Position numbers and translations under genes: made by a program. Shown here in pieces: positions 25,201-40,593 of a stretch of DNA of 64,000 bases (position 1 is the first letter of the stretch; every line of letters begins with the position of its first letter). This DNA is from the human T2T-CHM13v2.0 reference genome, Homo sapiens, in the NCBI RefSeq assembly GCF_009914755.1, contig NC_060940.1, one strand, 5' to 3'. Under the pieces are notes generated by a model that searched no databases, was not told the DNA's origin, and was given only the letters and a program-made list of their open reading frames with translations.

Positions 25201-28200
25201 TTTGACTTCATTTGATGATGATTCCTTTCAAGTTCATTAGATGATTCCATTCGATTCCATTTGATGATGATCCCATTCGAGTCCATTCAGTGATTCCATT
25301 CGTTTCCATTCCATGATGATTCCATTCCTTTCCATTCAATGATTCCATTCGATTCCGTTTGATGATGATTTCATTCGAGTCCATTTGATGATTCCATTTG
25401 ATTCCATTCGATGATGATTCCATTCGAGTCCATTCGATGATTCTATTCGAATCCATTTGATGATTTCTTTTGATTATATTTGGTGATGATTCCATTGGAG
25501 TCCATTCAATGATTCCATTCTATTCCCATCGATGATGATTCCATTAGAGTCCATTTAATGATTCCATTTGATTCCAGTCTCTGATGATTACATTCGAGTC
25601 CATACGATGATTCCACTCAATTCCATATGATGATGATTCCATTTGATTCCATTCGGTGATCCCATTCTATTCTATTCAATGGTGATTCCATTCGAGTACA
25701 TTAGATGATTCCATTCGATTCCATTCAATGATGATTCTATTTGTGTCCCTTAGATGACTCCACATGATTCCATTAGATGATGATACTATTTGAGCCCATC
25801 CAATGATTCCCTTCGATTCCATTCGATGAGGATTCCATTCGATTCAATTCATTGGTGATTCTATTCAATTCAATTCTTTGATTCCATTCCATTCCATTCG
25901 ACAATGATTCCATTCGATTTCTTTCGATGATTCCACTCGATTCCACTTGACATTGATTCCATTCGATTCCATTCAATGATTCCATTTGATTCCAGTGGAT
26001 GATGATTGCCATCGATTCCATTCGATCACTCCATTCTATTCCATTTGATGATGATTACATTCGATTCCATTTGATGATTCCATCTGATTCTATTCGAGGA
26101 TTCCATTTGATTCCATTCGATGATGATTCCATTCGAGTCCATTCGATGATTTCATTCGAGTACATCCAATGATTCCATTCGAGTCCATTAGATGATTCCA
26201 TTTGATTCCATTTGAAAATGGTTCTACTAGAGTCCATTCAATGACTCCATTCGAGTCCATTCAACAATTCCATTCGACTCCATTCGATGATTCCATTCGA
26301 TTCCATTTGATGGTTCCATTCGAGTCCATTTAATCATTACAGTCGAGTCCATTTGGTGATTCCACTGGATTTCTTTTGATAATGATACCATTCAATTACA
26401 TTTGATGATGATCCCATTCAATTTCATTTGATGATGATTCCATTAGAGTCCATTCGATGATTTCATTCGAGTCCCTTCATTGATTCCATCCGATTTCATT
26501 GGATGATGACTCCATTCGAGTCCATTCGATGATTCCACTCGATTCCATTAGATGACTCCATTGGAGTCCATTTGATTGTTCCATTCGATTCCATTCGATT
26601 CCTTTCGAAGATTATTCCATTTGAGTCCATTCGATGATGATTCCATTCCATTCCATTCGATGATTCCGTTTGATTCCATTCGATGATTCCCTTCGATTCC
26701 TTTCTTTGATGATTCCATTCCATTCCATTCAATGATTCCATTCGAATCTATTCCATGATGATTCCTTTCGATTCCATTCGCTGATGTTTCCGTTCAATTC
26801 CATTCGATGATGATTCCATTCGATTCCATTCATTGAGGATTCCATTTGATTCCATTCAATGATGATTCCATTCTATTCCATTCAATGATTGCATTCAATT
26901 CCATTCAATGATTATCCCATTAGAGTAAACTCAACGATTCCATTCAATACCATTCGATGATGATTCCTTTTGAGTCCATTCAATGATTTCATTCAAGTCC
27001 ATTTGATGATTCCTTTCAATTCCATTCTATGATGATTCCATTCGAGTCCATTCGATGATTCCATTCGATTGCATTCAATGATTCCATTATATTCCATTCA
27101 ACAGTGATTCCATTCGAGTCCATTCCATGATTCCATTAGAGTACATTTAATGATTGCTTTGTTTTCAATTCGAAGATGATTACATTGGATTCCATTCTAT
27201 GATACCATTCGATTCCATTCAATGATGATTCCACTCAAATCCATTGGATGATTCCATTCGTGTCCATTCGGTGATTTCATTAGATTCCATTCGAGGATGA
27301 TTCCATTCGATTCCATTCGATGATTCCATTCAATTCCATTCGATGATGATTCCATTCCAGTCCATATGATCATTCCATTTGATTTCATTCGATGATGATT
27401 CCATTCGATTCCATTCGACGATTCCATTCTATTCCATTCGATGATGATTCCATTCGAGTCCATTCGATGATTCCATTCGAGTCCATTTAATGATTCCATT
27501 GGGTTCAATTCAATGATGATTACATTGGATTCCGTTCTATGATTCCATTCAATTCCGTTCATTGACAATTTGATTCCATTCGATGATGATTCCATTTGAG
27601 TTCATTCGATGATTCTATTCGATTCTCTTCGATGGTGATTCAATTCTATTATATTGGATGATTCCATTCGATTCCATTTGATGTTGATTCAATTCGATTC
27701 TATTCGATGATGATTCCATTGGATTTCACTTGATGATTCTATTCGATTCCATTCAATGATGATTCACTTCTCGTCCATTGGATGATTCCATTTCATTCCA
27801 TTCGATGATGATTCCATTCGATTCCATTCGATGATTCCATTTGATTCCATGCGATGGTGAGCAATTCGATTCAATTCCATGATGATTCTATTTGATTCAA
27901 TTAGATGATGTTTCCATTCGAATCCATTCCATGATTATTCCATTGGAATCCATTCGGCGATGATTCCATATGAGTCAATTCAATGATGATTCCATATGGG
28001 TCCGTTCGATGATAATTCCATTTGATTTCATTCGATGCTTCTATTCTATTCCAGTCGATGATGATTCCGTTGGAGTCCATACGATGATTCCATTTGATTT
28101 CATTTGATGATGATTCCATTCGATGATGATTACATTGGATTCCATTCTATGATTCCATTCAATTCCATTCGTTGATGATTCGATTCCATTCAATGATGAT

Positions 28201-28369
28201 TCCATTTGAGTTCATTCGATGATTCTATTCGATTCCGTTCGATGGTGATTCAATTCTATTATATTGGATGATTCCACTCGATTCCATTTGATGATTATTC
28301 CATTGGAGTCCACTTAGTGAATCCTTTAGATTCTACTCGACGATGATTCCATTCGAGTCCATTCGATGA
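22258..28369 (+). repeat. Higher-order unit U5, 6112 bp, haplotype B
   Basis: ORF 22290 to 28402 = 6112. Confidence 0.93.
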
Positions 28370-31300
28370 TACCATTCAATTCCATTCGTTGATGCTTCCA
28401 TTCAAGTGCATTCGATGATATCATTCGATTCCATTTGATGATAATTCCATTTGATTCCATGCGATGATTCTATTCGATTCCATTCAATGATAATTCCATT
28501 CAATTCAGTGATTCCTCTGGACTCCATTTGATGATGATTCCATTCAATGATTCCATTCGATTCTATTCGAAAATGATTCCATTTGAATCCATTTGATGAT
28601 GATTCCATTAGATTCCATTTGATGATTCCATTCGATTCCATTCGACGATGATTCCATTCGATTCCGTTTGATGATTCCATTCTATTCTATTCGATGATGA
28701 TTCCATTTGATTCCATTCGATGATGATTGGATTCGATTCCATTTGATGATTTCATTTGATTCCATTCGTTAAGGATTTCGATCAATTCCATTCGATGATT
28801 CCATTCGATTCCATTCGATAATGATTACATCCGAGTCCATTCGATGATTCCATTTGAGCCTGTTCGATAATTCCATTTGAGTCCAACCAATGATTCCATT
28901 CATTTCCATTCAATGATTCCATTCGAGTCCATTTGATCATTCCGGTAGGGTCCATTCGATGTTGATTCCATTGGAGTGCATTCGATGATTCCATTCGAGT
29001 CCATTTTAGGATTTGATTCGATTCCTTTCTATGATTCCATTCGATTCCACTCGATGATGATTTCATTCGAGTCCATTCGACACTTCCAATCGATTCCATT
29101 TGATGATTCCATTCGAGTCCAATTGATGATTCCATTCAATTCCATTCGATGATGATTCCGTACGATTCCATTCTGTGATGATTCCATGTGATTGCATTCA
29201 ATGATGATTCCTTTCGATTGCATTCGATTATGATTCATTTCGTGTTCATTCTATGGTTCCACAGGTTTCCATTCGTGTCCATTCCATTATTCCATTCTAT
29301 TCCATTTGATGATGATTCCATTCGATTCCATTCATTGGTGATTCCACTCAATTCCATTCAATGATTCCATTCCATTTCTTTCAACAATGATTCCATTAGT
29401 TTCTAATCGATGATCCACTTGATTCCATTTGACGACGATTCCATTCTTGTCCATTCGATGATTCCATTTGATTCCATATGATGATGATTCCATTCGATTC
29501 CATACCATGATGATTCCATTCGAGTCCATTCAATGGTGATTCCATTCAATTCCATTCGATGATTCCTTTCGATTCCATTCGATGATGATGGCATTCGATT
29601 CCTTTCAATCATTCCCTTTGATTCCATTCAAAGGTGATTTCATTCAAGTCCATTCGATAATTGCATTCGATTCCATTCTATGATGATTCCATTCGAGTCC
29701 ATTTGATGATTCCATTCAATTCAAGTCAATGATGATTCCATTCGATTCCATTCGATGATTCCATTGGATTCCATTCGATGATGATTCCATTCAAATCCAT
29801 TCGATAATTCAATTCAAGTCCATTCGATGATGATTATAATCGAATCCATTCAAAGATTCCATTCAGTTCCATTCGATGATTCCCTTAGATTCCATTCGAT
29901 GATTCCACTTGATTCCATTTACGATGATTCCATTCTATTCCATGTGATGATTCCCTTCAATTCTATTCAATGGTGTCTCCATTTGATTCCATTCGACCAT
30001 GATTGCCTTTGATTCCATTCAATGACTCCATTCGGTTCCTTTTGATGATGATTCCGTTCGATTCCATTTGATGATTCCATTTGATTCCATTGGATGAGTC
30101 CATTCGATTACATTCGATGATTATTCCATTCGAGTGCATTAGATGATTCCATTCGAGTCCATTCGATGATTCCATTCGATTCCATTCGATGTTGATTCTG
30201 TTCAAATCCATTCGATGATTCCACTCGATTCCATTCGTTGACTCCATTTGATCCCATTCGATGATTTCCTTTGATTCCCTTTGATGATCATTCCATTTGA
30301 TTCAATTCGGTGATTTCATTTGATTCCATTCAGTGATGTTTCCATTCGACTCCATTCGATGATGATTCCATTCGACTCCATTCGATTATGATTTCATTCA
30401 ATTCCATTCGATAATGATTCCCTTCGAGTCCATTCGATGATTCCATTCGATTCCATTCAACAATGATTTGATTCGTGTCCATTCGATGATTCCATTTGAT
30501 TCCACTTGATGATGATTCCATTCGAGTCCATTTGATGATTCCATTCAATTAAATACTCCGATGATTTCTTTTGAGCCCACTCAATGCTTCCACTCGATTC
30601 CATATGATGATGACTCCATTCGATGAAATTCGATGATGATTCCACTCGCTTGCTTTCGATGATGATTCCACTTGAGTCCGTTAGAAGATTCTATTCAATT
30701 ACATTCCATGACGATTCCGTTCGAGTCCATTTGATGATTCCATTAGACTCCATTCGACGATGATTCCATTCGATGTTATTCGATGATTCCATTCGATCTC
30801 ATTCGATGATGATTCCATTCAACTCCATTCGATGTTTCCATTCGAGTTCATTCTATTATTCCATTAGATTCCATTCGATGATGATTCCATTCGATTCCAT
30901 TTGATGATTGCATTCTATTTCATTTGATGATGATTCCATTCGAGTCCACTCGATGATTCCATTCGAGTCCATTTAATGAATCCATTGGTTTCAATTCTAT
31001 GATGATTACTTTGGATTCCATTCGTTGATGATTTCATTCGGTTCCATTCAATGATGATTCCATTCAATTCCTTTCAATGTTTCCATTCAATTCCATACGA
31101 TGATGATTCCATTTGATTTGATTCGACAGTGAGCCATTCGATTCAATTCCATGATGATTCTATTTGATTCAATTGGTTGACATTTCCATTCGATTCCATT
31201 CGATGATGATTCCCTTTGATTCCGTTCAAAGATGATTCCATTCTAGCCCATTCAATCATTCCATTCGATTCTATTCAATGATGATTCCATTCATGTCGAT

Positions 31301-34300
31301 TTGGTGATTCCATTTGACTTCATTTGATGATGATTCCTTTCAAGTTCATTAGATGATTCCATTCGATTCCATTTGATGATGATCCCATTCGAGTCCATTC
31401 AGTGATTCCATTCGTTTCCATTCCATGATGATTCCATTCCTTTCCATTCAATGATTCCATTCGATTCCGTTTGATGATGATTTCATTCGAGTCCATTTGA
31501 TGATTCCATTTGATTCCATTCGATGATGATTCCATTCGAGTCCATTCGATGATTCTATTCGAATCCATTTGATGATTTCTTTTGATTATATTTGGTGATG
31601 ATTCCATTGGAGTCCATTCAATGATTCCATTCTATTCCCATCGATGATGATTCCATTAGAGTCTATTTAATGATTCCATTTGATTCCAGTCTCTGATGAT
31701 TACATTCGAGTCCATACGATGATTCCACTCAATTCCATATGATGATGATTCCATTTGATTCCATTCGGTGATCCCATTCTATTCTATTCAATGGTGATTC
31801 CATTCGAGTACATTAGATGATTCCATTCGATTCCATTCAATGATGATTCTATTTGTGTCCCTTAGATGACTCCACATGATTCCATTAGATGATGATACTA
31901 TTTGAGCCCATCCAATGATTCCCTTCGATTCCATTCGATGAGGATTCCATTCGATTCAATTCATTGGTGATTCTATTCAATTCAATTCTTTGATTCCATT
32001 CCATTCCATTCGACAATGATTCCATTCGATTTCTTTCGATGATTCCACTCGATTCCACTTGACATTGATTCCATTCGATTCCATTCAATGATTCCATTTG
32101 ATTCCAGTGGATGATGATTGCCATCGATTCCATTCGATCACTCCATTCTATTCCATTTGATGATGATTACATTCGATTCCATTTGATGATTCCATCTGAT
32201 TCTATTCGAGGATTCCATTTGATTCCATTCGATGATGATTCCATTCGAGTCCATTCGATGATTTCATTCGAGTACATCCAATGATTCCATTCGAGTCCAT
32301 TAGATGATTCCATTTGATTCCATTTGAAAATGATTCTACTAGAGTCCATTCAATGACTCCATTCGAGTCCATTCAACAATTCCATTCGACTCCATTCGAT
32401 GATTCCATTCGATTCCATTTGATGGTTCCATTCGAGTCCATTTCATCATTACAGTCGAGTCCATTTGGTGATTCCACTGGATTTCTTTTGATAATGATAC
32501 CATTCAATTACATTTGATGATGATCCCATTCAATTTCATTTGATGATGATTCCATTAGAGTCCATTCGATGATTTCATTCGAGTCCCTTCATTGATTCCA
32601 TCCGATTTCATTGGATGATGACTCCATTCGAGTCCATTCGATGATTCCACTCGATTCCATTAGATGACTCCATTGGAGTCCATTTGATTGTTCCATTCGA
32701 TTCCATTCGATTCCTTTCGAAGATTATTCCATTTGAGTCCATTCGATGATGATTCCATTCCATTCCATTCGATGATTCCGTTTGATTCCATTCGATGATT
32801 CCCTTCGATTCCTTTCTTTGATGATTCCATTCCATTCCATTCAATGATTCCATTCGAATCTATTCCATGATGATTCCTTTCGATTCCATTCGCTGATGTT
32901 TCCGTTCAATTCCATTCGATGATGATTCCATTCGATTCCATTCATTGAGGATTCCATTTGATTCCATTCAATGATGATTCCATTCTATTCCATTCAATGA
33001 TTGCATTCAATTCCATTCAATGATTATCCCATTAGAGTAAACTCAACGATTCCATTCAATACCATTCGATGATGATTCCTTTTGAGTCCATTCAATGATT
33101 TCATTCAAGTCCATTTGATGATTCCTTTCAATTCCATTCTATGATGATTCCATTCGAGTCCATTCGATGATTCCATTCGATTGCATTCGATGATTCCATT
33201 ATATTCCATTCAACAGTGATTCCATTCGAGTCCATTCCATGATTCCATTAGAGTACATTTAATGATTGCTTTGTTTTCAATTCGAAGATGATTACATTGG
33301 ATTCCATTCTATGATACCATTCGATTCCATTCAATGATGATTCCACTCAAATCCATTGGATGATTCCATTCGTGTCCATTCGGTGATTTCATTAGATTCC
33401 ATTCGAGGATGATTCCATTCGATTCCATTCGATGATTCCATTCAATTCCATTCGATGATGATTCCATTCCAGTCCATATGATCATTCCATTTGATTTCAT
33501 TCGATGATGATTCCATTCGATTCCATTCGACGATTCCATTCTATTCCATTCGATGATGATTCCATTCGAGTCCATTCGATGATTCCATTCGAGTCCATTT
33601 AATGATTCCATTGGGTTCAATTCAATGATGATTACATTGGATTCCGTTCTATGATTCCATTCAATTCCGTTCATTGACAATTTGATTCCATTCGATGATG
33701 ATTCCATTTGAGTTCATTCGATGATTCTATTCGATTCTCTTCGATGGTGATTCAATTCTATTATATTGGATGATTCCATTCGATTCCATTTGATGTTGAT
33801 TCAATTCGATTCTATTCGATGATGATTCCATTGGATTTCACTTGATGATTCTATTCGATTCCATTCAATGATGATTCACTTCTCGTCCATTGGATGATTC
33901 CATTTCATTCCATTCGATGATGATTCCATTCGATTCCATTCGATGATTCCATTTGATTCCATGCGACGGTGAGCAATTCGATTCAATTCCATGATGATTC
34001 TATTTGATTCAATTAGATGATGTTTCCATTCGAATCCATTCCATGATTATTCCATTGGAATCCATTCGGCGATGATTCCATATGAGTCAATTCAATGATG
34101 ATTCCATATGGGTCCGTTCGATGATAATTCCATTTGATTTCATTCGATGCTTCTATTCTATTCCAGTCGATGATGATTCCGTTGGAGTCCATACGATGAT
34201 TCCATTTGATTTCATTTGATGATGATTCCATTCGATGATGATTACATTGGATTCCATTCTATGATTCCATTCAATTCCATTCGTTGATGATTCGATTCCA

Positions 34301-34481
34301 TTCAATGATGATTCCATTTGAGTTCATTCGATGATTCTATTCGATTCCGTTCGATGGTGATTCAATTCTATTATATTGGATGATTCCAGTCGATTCCATT
34401 TGATGATTATTCCATTGGAGTCCACTTAGTGAATCCTTTAGATTCTACTCGACGATGATTCCATTCGAGTCCATTCGATGA
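28370..34481 (+). repeat. Higher-order unit U6, 6112 bp, haplotype B
   Basis: ORF 28402 to 34514 = 6112. Confidence 0.93.
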
Positions 34482-37400
34482 TACCATTCAATTCCATTCG
34501 TTGATGCTTCCATTCAAGTGCATTCGATGATATCATTCGATTCCATTTGATGATAATTCCATTTGATTCCATGCGATGATTCTATTCGATTCCTTTTAAT
34601 GATAATTCCATTCAATTCAGTGATTCCTCTGGACTCCATTTGATGATGATTCCATTCAATGATTCCATTCGATTCTATTCGAAAATGATTCCATTTGAAT
34701 CCATTTGATGATGATTCCATTAGATTCCATTTGATGATTCCATTCGATTCCATTCGACGATGATTCCATTCGATTCCGTTTGATGATTCCATTCTATTCT
34801 ATTCGATGATGATTCCATTTGATTCCATTCGATGATGATTGGATTCGATTCCATTTGATGATTTCATTTGATTCCATTCGTTAAGGATTTCGATCAATTC
34901 CATTCGATGATTCCATTCGATTCCATTCGATAATGATTACATCCGAGTCCATTCGATGATTCCATTTGAGCCTGTTCGATAATTCCATTTGAGTCCAACC
35001 AATGATTCCATTCATTTCCATTCAATGATTCCATTCGAGTCCATTTGATCATTCCGGTAGGGTCCATTCGATGTTGATTCCATTGGAGTGCATTCGATGA
35101 TTCCATTCGAGTCCATTTTAGGATTTGATTCGATTCCTTTCTATGATTCCATTCGATTCCACTCGATGATGATTTCATTCGAGTCCATTCGACACTTCCA
35201 ATCGATTCCATTTGATGATTCCATTCGAGTCCAATTGATGATTCCATTCAATTCCATTCGATGATGATTCCGTACGATTCCATTCTGTGATGATTCCATG
35301 TGATTGCATTCAATGATGATTCCTTTCGATTGCATTCGATTATGATTCATTTCGTGTTCATTCTATGGTTCCACAGGTTTCCATTCGTGTCCATTCCATT
35401 ATTCCATTCTATTCCATTTGATGATGATTCCATTCGATTCCATTCATTGGTGATTCCACTCAATTCCATTCAATGATTCCATTCCATTTCTTTCAACAAT
35501 GATTCCATTAGTTTCTAATCGATGATCCACTTGATTCCATTTGACGACGATTCCATTCTTGTCCATTCGATGATTCCATTTGATTCCATATGATGATGAT
35601 TCCATTCGATTCCATACCATGATGATTCCATTCGAGTCCATTCAATGGTGATTCCATTCAATTCCATTCGATGATTCCTTTCGATTCCATTCGATGATGA
35701 TGGCATTCGATTCCTTTCAATCATTCCCTTTGATTCCATTCAAAGGTGATTTCATTCAAGTCCATTCGATAATTGCATTCGATTCCATTCTATGATGATT
35801 CCATTCGAGTCCATTTGATGATTCCATTCAATTCAAGTCAATGATGATTCCATTCGATTCCATTCGATGATTCCATTGGATTCCATTCGATGATGATTCC
35901 ATTCAAATCCATTCGATAATTCAATTCAAGTCCATTCGATGATGATTATAATCGAATCCATTCAAAGATTCCATTCAGTTCCATTCGATGATTCCCTTAG
36001 ATTCCATTCGATGATTCCACTTGATTCCATTTACGATGATTCCATTCTATTCCATGTGATGATTCCCTTCAATTCTATTCAATGGTGTCTCCATTTGATT
36101 CCATTCGACCATGATTGCCTTTGATTCCATTCAATGACTCCATTCGGTTCCTTTTGATGATGATTCCGTTCGATTCCATTTGATGATTCCATTTGATTCC
36201 ATTGGATGAGTCCATTCGATTACATTCGATGATTATTCCATTCGAGTGCATTAGATGATTCCATTCGAGTCCATTCGATGATTCCATTCGATTCCATTCG
36301 ATGTTGATTCTGTTCAAATCCATTCGATGATTCCACTCGATTCCATTCGTTGACTCCATTTGATCCCATTCGATGATTTCCTTTGATTCCCTTTGATGAT
36401 CATTCCATTTAATTCAATTCGGTGATTTCATTTGATTCCATTCAGTGATGTTTCCATTCGACTCCATTCGATGATGATTCCATTCGACTCCATTCGATTA
36501 TGATTTCATTCAATTCCATTCGATAATGATTCCCTTCGAGTCCATTCGATGATTCCATTCGATTCCATTCAACGATGATTTGATTCGTGTCCATTCGATG
36601 ATTCCATTTGATTCCACTTGATGATGATTCCATTCGAGTCCATTTGATGATTCCATTCAATTAAATACTCCGATGATTTCTTTTGAGCCCACTCAATGCT
36701 TCCACTCGATTCCATATGATGATGACTCCATTCGATGAAATTCGATGATGATTCCACTCGCTTGCTTTCGATGATGATTCCACTTGAGTCCGTTAGAAGA
36801 TTCTATTCAATTACATTCCATGACGATTCCGTTCGAGTCCATTTGATGATTCCATTAGACTCCATTCGACGATGATTCCATTCGATGTTATTCGATGATT
36901 CCATTCGATCTCATTCGATGATGATTCCATTCAACTCCATTCGATGTTTCCATTCGAGTTCATTCTATTATTCCATTAGATTCCATTCGATGATGATTCC
37001 ATTCGATTCCATTTGATGATTGCATTCTATTTCATTTGATGATGATTCCATTCGAGTCCACTCGATGATTCCATTCGAGTCCATTTAATGAATCCATTGG
37101 TTTCAATTCTATGATGATTACTTTGGATTACATTCGTTGATGATTTCATTCGGTTCCATTCAATGATGATTCCATTCAATTCCTTTCAATGTTTCCATTC
37201 AATTCCATACGATGATGATTCCATTTGATTTGATTCGACAGTGAGCCATTCGATTCAATTCCATGATGATTCTATTTGATTCAATTGGTTGACATTTCCA
37301 TTCGATTCCATTCGATGATGATTCCCTTTGATTCCGTTCAAAGATGATTCCATTCTAGCCCATTCAATGATTCCATTCGATTCTATTCAATGATGATTCC

Positions 37401-40400
37401 ATTCATGTCGATTTGGTGATTCCATTTGACTTCATTTGATGATGATTCCTTTCAAGTTCATTAGATGATTCCATTCGATTCCATTTGATGATGATCCCAT
37501 TCGAGTCCATTCAGTGATTCCATTCGTTTCCATTCCATGATGATTCCATTCCTTTCCATTCAATGATTCCATTCGATTCCGTTTGATGATGATTTCATTC
37601 GAGTCCATTTGATGATTCCATTTGATTCCATTCGATGATGATTCCATTCGAGTCCATTCGATGATTCTATTCGAATCCATTTGATGATTTCTTTTGATTA
37701 TATTTGGTGATGATTCCATTGGAGTCCATTCAATGATTCCATTCTATTCCCATCGATGATGATTCCATTAGAGTCCATTTAATGATTCCATTTGATTCCA
37801 GTCTCTGATGATTACATTCGAGTCCATACGATGATTCCACTCAATTCCATATGATGATGATTCCATTTGATTCCATTCGGTGATCCCATTCTATTCTATT
37901 CAATGGTGATTCCATTCGAGTACATTAGATGATTCCATTCGATTCCATTCAATGATGATTCTATTTGTGTCCCTTAGATGACTCCACATGATTCCATTAG
38001 ATGATGATACTATTTGAGCCCATCCAATGATTCCCTTCGATTCCATTCGATGAGGATTCCATTCGATTCAATTCATTGGTGATTCTATTCAATTCAATTC
38101 TTTGATTCCATTCCATTCCATTCGACAATGATTCCATTCGATTTCTTTCGATGATTCCACTCGATTCCACTTGACATTGATTCCATTCGATTCCATTCAA
38201 TGATTCCATTTGATTCCAGTGGATGATGATTGCCATCGATTCCATTCGATCACTCCATTCTATTCCATTTGATGATGATTACATTCGATTCCATTTGATG
38301 ATTCCATCTGATTCTATTCGAGGATTCCATTTGATTCCATTCGATGATGATTCCATTCGAGTCCATTCGATGATTTCATTCGAGTACATCCAATGATTCC
38401 ATTCGAGTCCATTAGATGATTCCATTTGATTCCATTTGAAAATGATTCTACTAGAGTCCATTCAATGACTCCATTCGAGTCCATTCAACAATTCCATTCG
38501 ACTCCATTCGATGATTCCATTCGATTCCATTTGATGGTTCCATTCGAGTCCATTTCATCATTACAGTCGAGTCCATTTGGTGATTCCACTGGATTTCTTT
38601 TGATAATGATACCATTCAATTACATTTGATGATGATCCCATTCAATTTCATTTGATGATGATTCCATTAGAGTCCATTCGATGATTTCATTCGAGTCCCT
38701 TCATTGATTCCATCCGATTTCATTGGATGATGACTCCATTCGAGTCCATTCGATGATTCCACTCGATTCCATTAGATGACTCCATTGGAGTCCATTTGAT
38801 TGTTCCATTCGATTCCATTCGATTCCTTTCGAAGATTATTCCATTTGAGTCCATTCGATGATGATTCCATTCCATTCCATTCGATGATTCCGTTTGATTC
38901 CATTCGATGATTCCCTTCGATTCCTTTCTTTGATGATTCCATTCCATTCCATTCAATGATTCCATTCGAATCTATTCCATGATGATTCCTTTCGATTCCA
39001 TTCGCTGATGTTTCCGTTCAATTCCATTCGATGATGATTCCATTCGATTCCATTCATTGAGGATTCCATTCGATTCCATTCAATGATGATTCCATTCTAT
39101 TCCATTCAATGATTGCATTCAATTCCATTCAATGATTATCCCATTAGAGTAAACTCAACGATTCCATTCAATACCATTCGATGATGATTCCTTTTGAGTC
39201 CATTCAATGATTTCATTCAAGTCCATTTGATGATTCCTTTGAATTCCATTCTATGATGATTCCATTCGAGTCCATTCGATGATTCCATTCGATTGCATTC
39301 GATGATTCCATTATATTCCATTCAACGGTGATTCCATTCGAGTCCATTCCATGATTCCATTAGAGTACATTTAATGATTGCTTTGTTTTCAATTCGAAGA
39401 TGATTACATTGGATTCCATTCTATGATACCATTCGATTCCATTCAATGATGATTCCACTCAAATCCATTGGATGATTCCATTCGTGTCCATTCGGTGATT
39501 TCATTAGATTCCATTCGAGGATGATTCCATTCGATTCCATTCGATGATTCCATTCAATTCCATTCGATGATGATTCCATTCCAGTCCATATGATCATTCC
39601 ATTTGATTTCATTCGATGATGATTCCATTCGATTCCATTCGACGATTCCATTCTATTCCATTCGATGATGATTCCATTCGAGTCCATTCGATGATTCCAT
39701 TCGAGTCCATTTAATGATTCCATTGGGTTCAATTCAATGATGATTACATTGGATTCCGTTCTATGATTCCATTCAATTCCGTTCATTGACAATTTGATTC
39801 CATTCGATGATGATTCCATTTGAGTTCATTCGATGATTCTATTCGATTCTCTTCGATGGTGATTCAATTCTATTATATTGGATGATTCCATTCGATTCCA
39901 TTTGATGTTGATTCAATTCGATTCTATTCGATGATGATTCCATTGGATTTCACTTGATGATTCTATTCGATTCCATTCAATGATGATTCACTTCTCGTCC
40001 ATTGGATGATTCCATTTCATTCCATTCGATGATGATTCCATTCGATTCCATTCGATGATTCCATTTGATTCCATGCGACGGTGAGCAATTCGATTCAATT
40101 CCATGATGATTCTATTTGATTCAATTAGATGATGTTTCCATTCGAATCCATTCCATGATTATTCCATTGGAATCCATTCGGCGATGATTCCATATGAGTC
40201 AATTCAATGATGATTCCATATGGGTCCGTTCGATGATAATTCCATTTGATTTCATTCGATGCTTCTATTCTATTCCAGTCGATGATGATTCCGTTGGAGT
40301 CCATACGATGATTCCATTTGATTTCATTTGATGATGATTCCATTCGATGATGATTACATTGGATTCCATTCTATGATTCCATTCAATTCCATTCGTTGAT

Positions 40401-40593
40401 GATTCGATTCCATTCAATGATGATTCCATTTGAGTTCATTCGATGATTCTATTCGATTCCGTTCGATGGTGATTCAATTCTATTATATTGGATGATTCCA
40501 GTCGATTCCATTTGATGATTATTCCATTGGAGTCCACTTAGTGAATCCTTTAGATTCTACTCGACGATGATTCCATTCGAGTCCATTCGATGA
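34482..40593 (+). repeat. Higher-order unit U7, 6112 bp, haplotype B
   Basis: ORF 34514 to 40626 = 6112. Confidence 0.93.
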
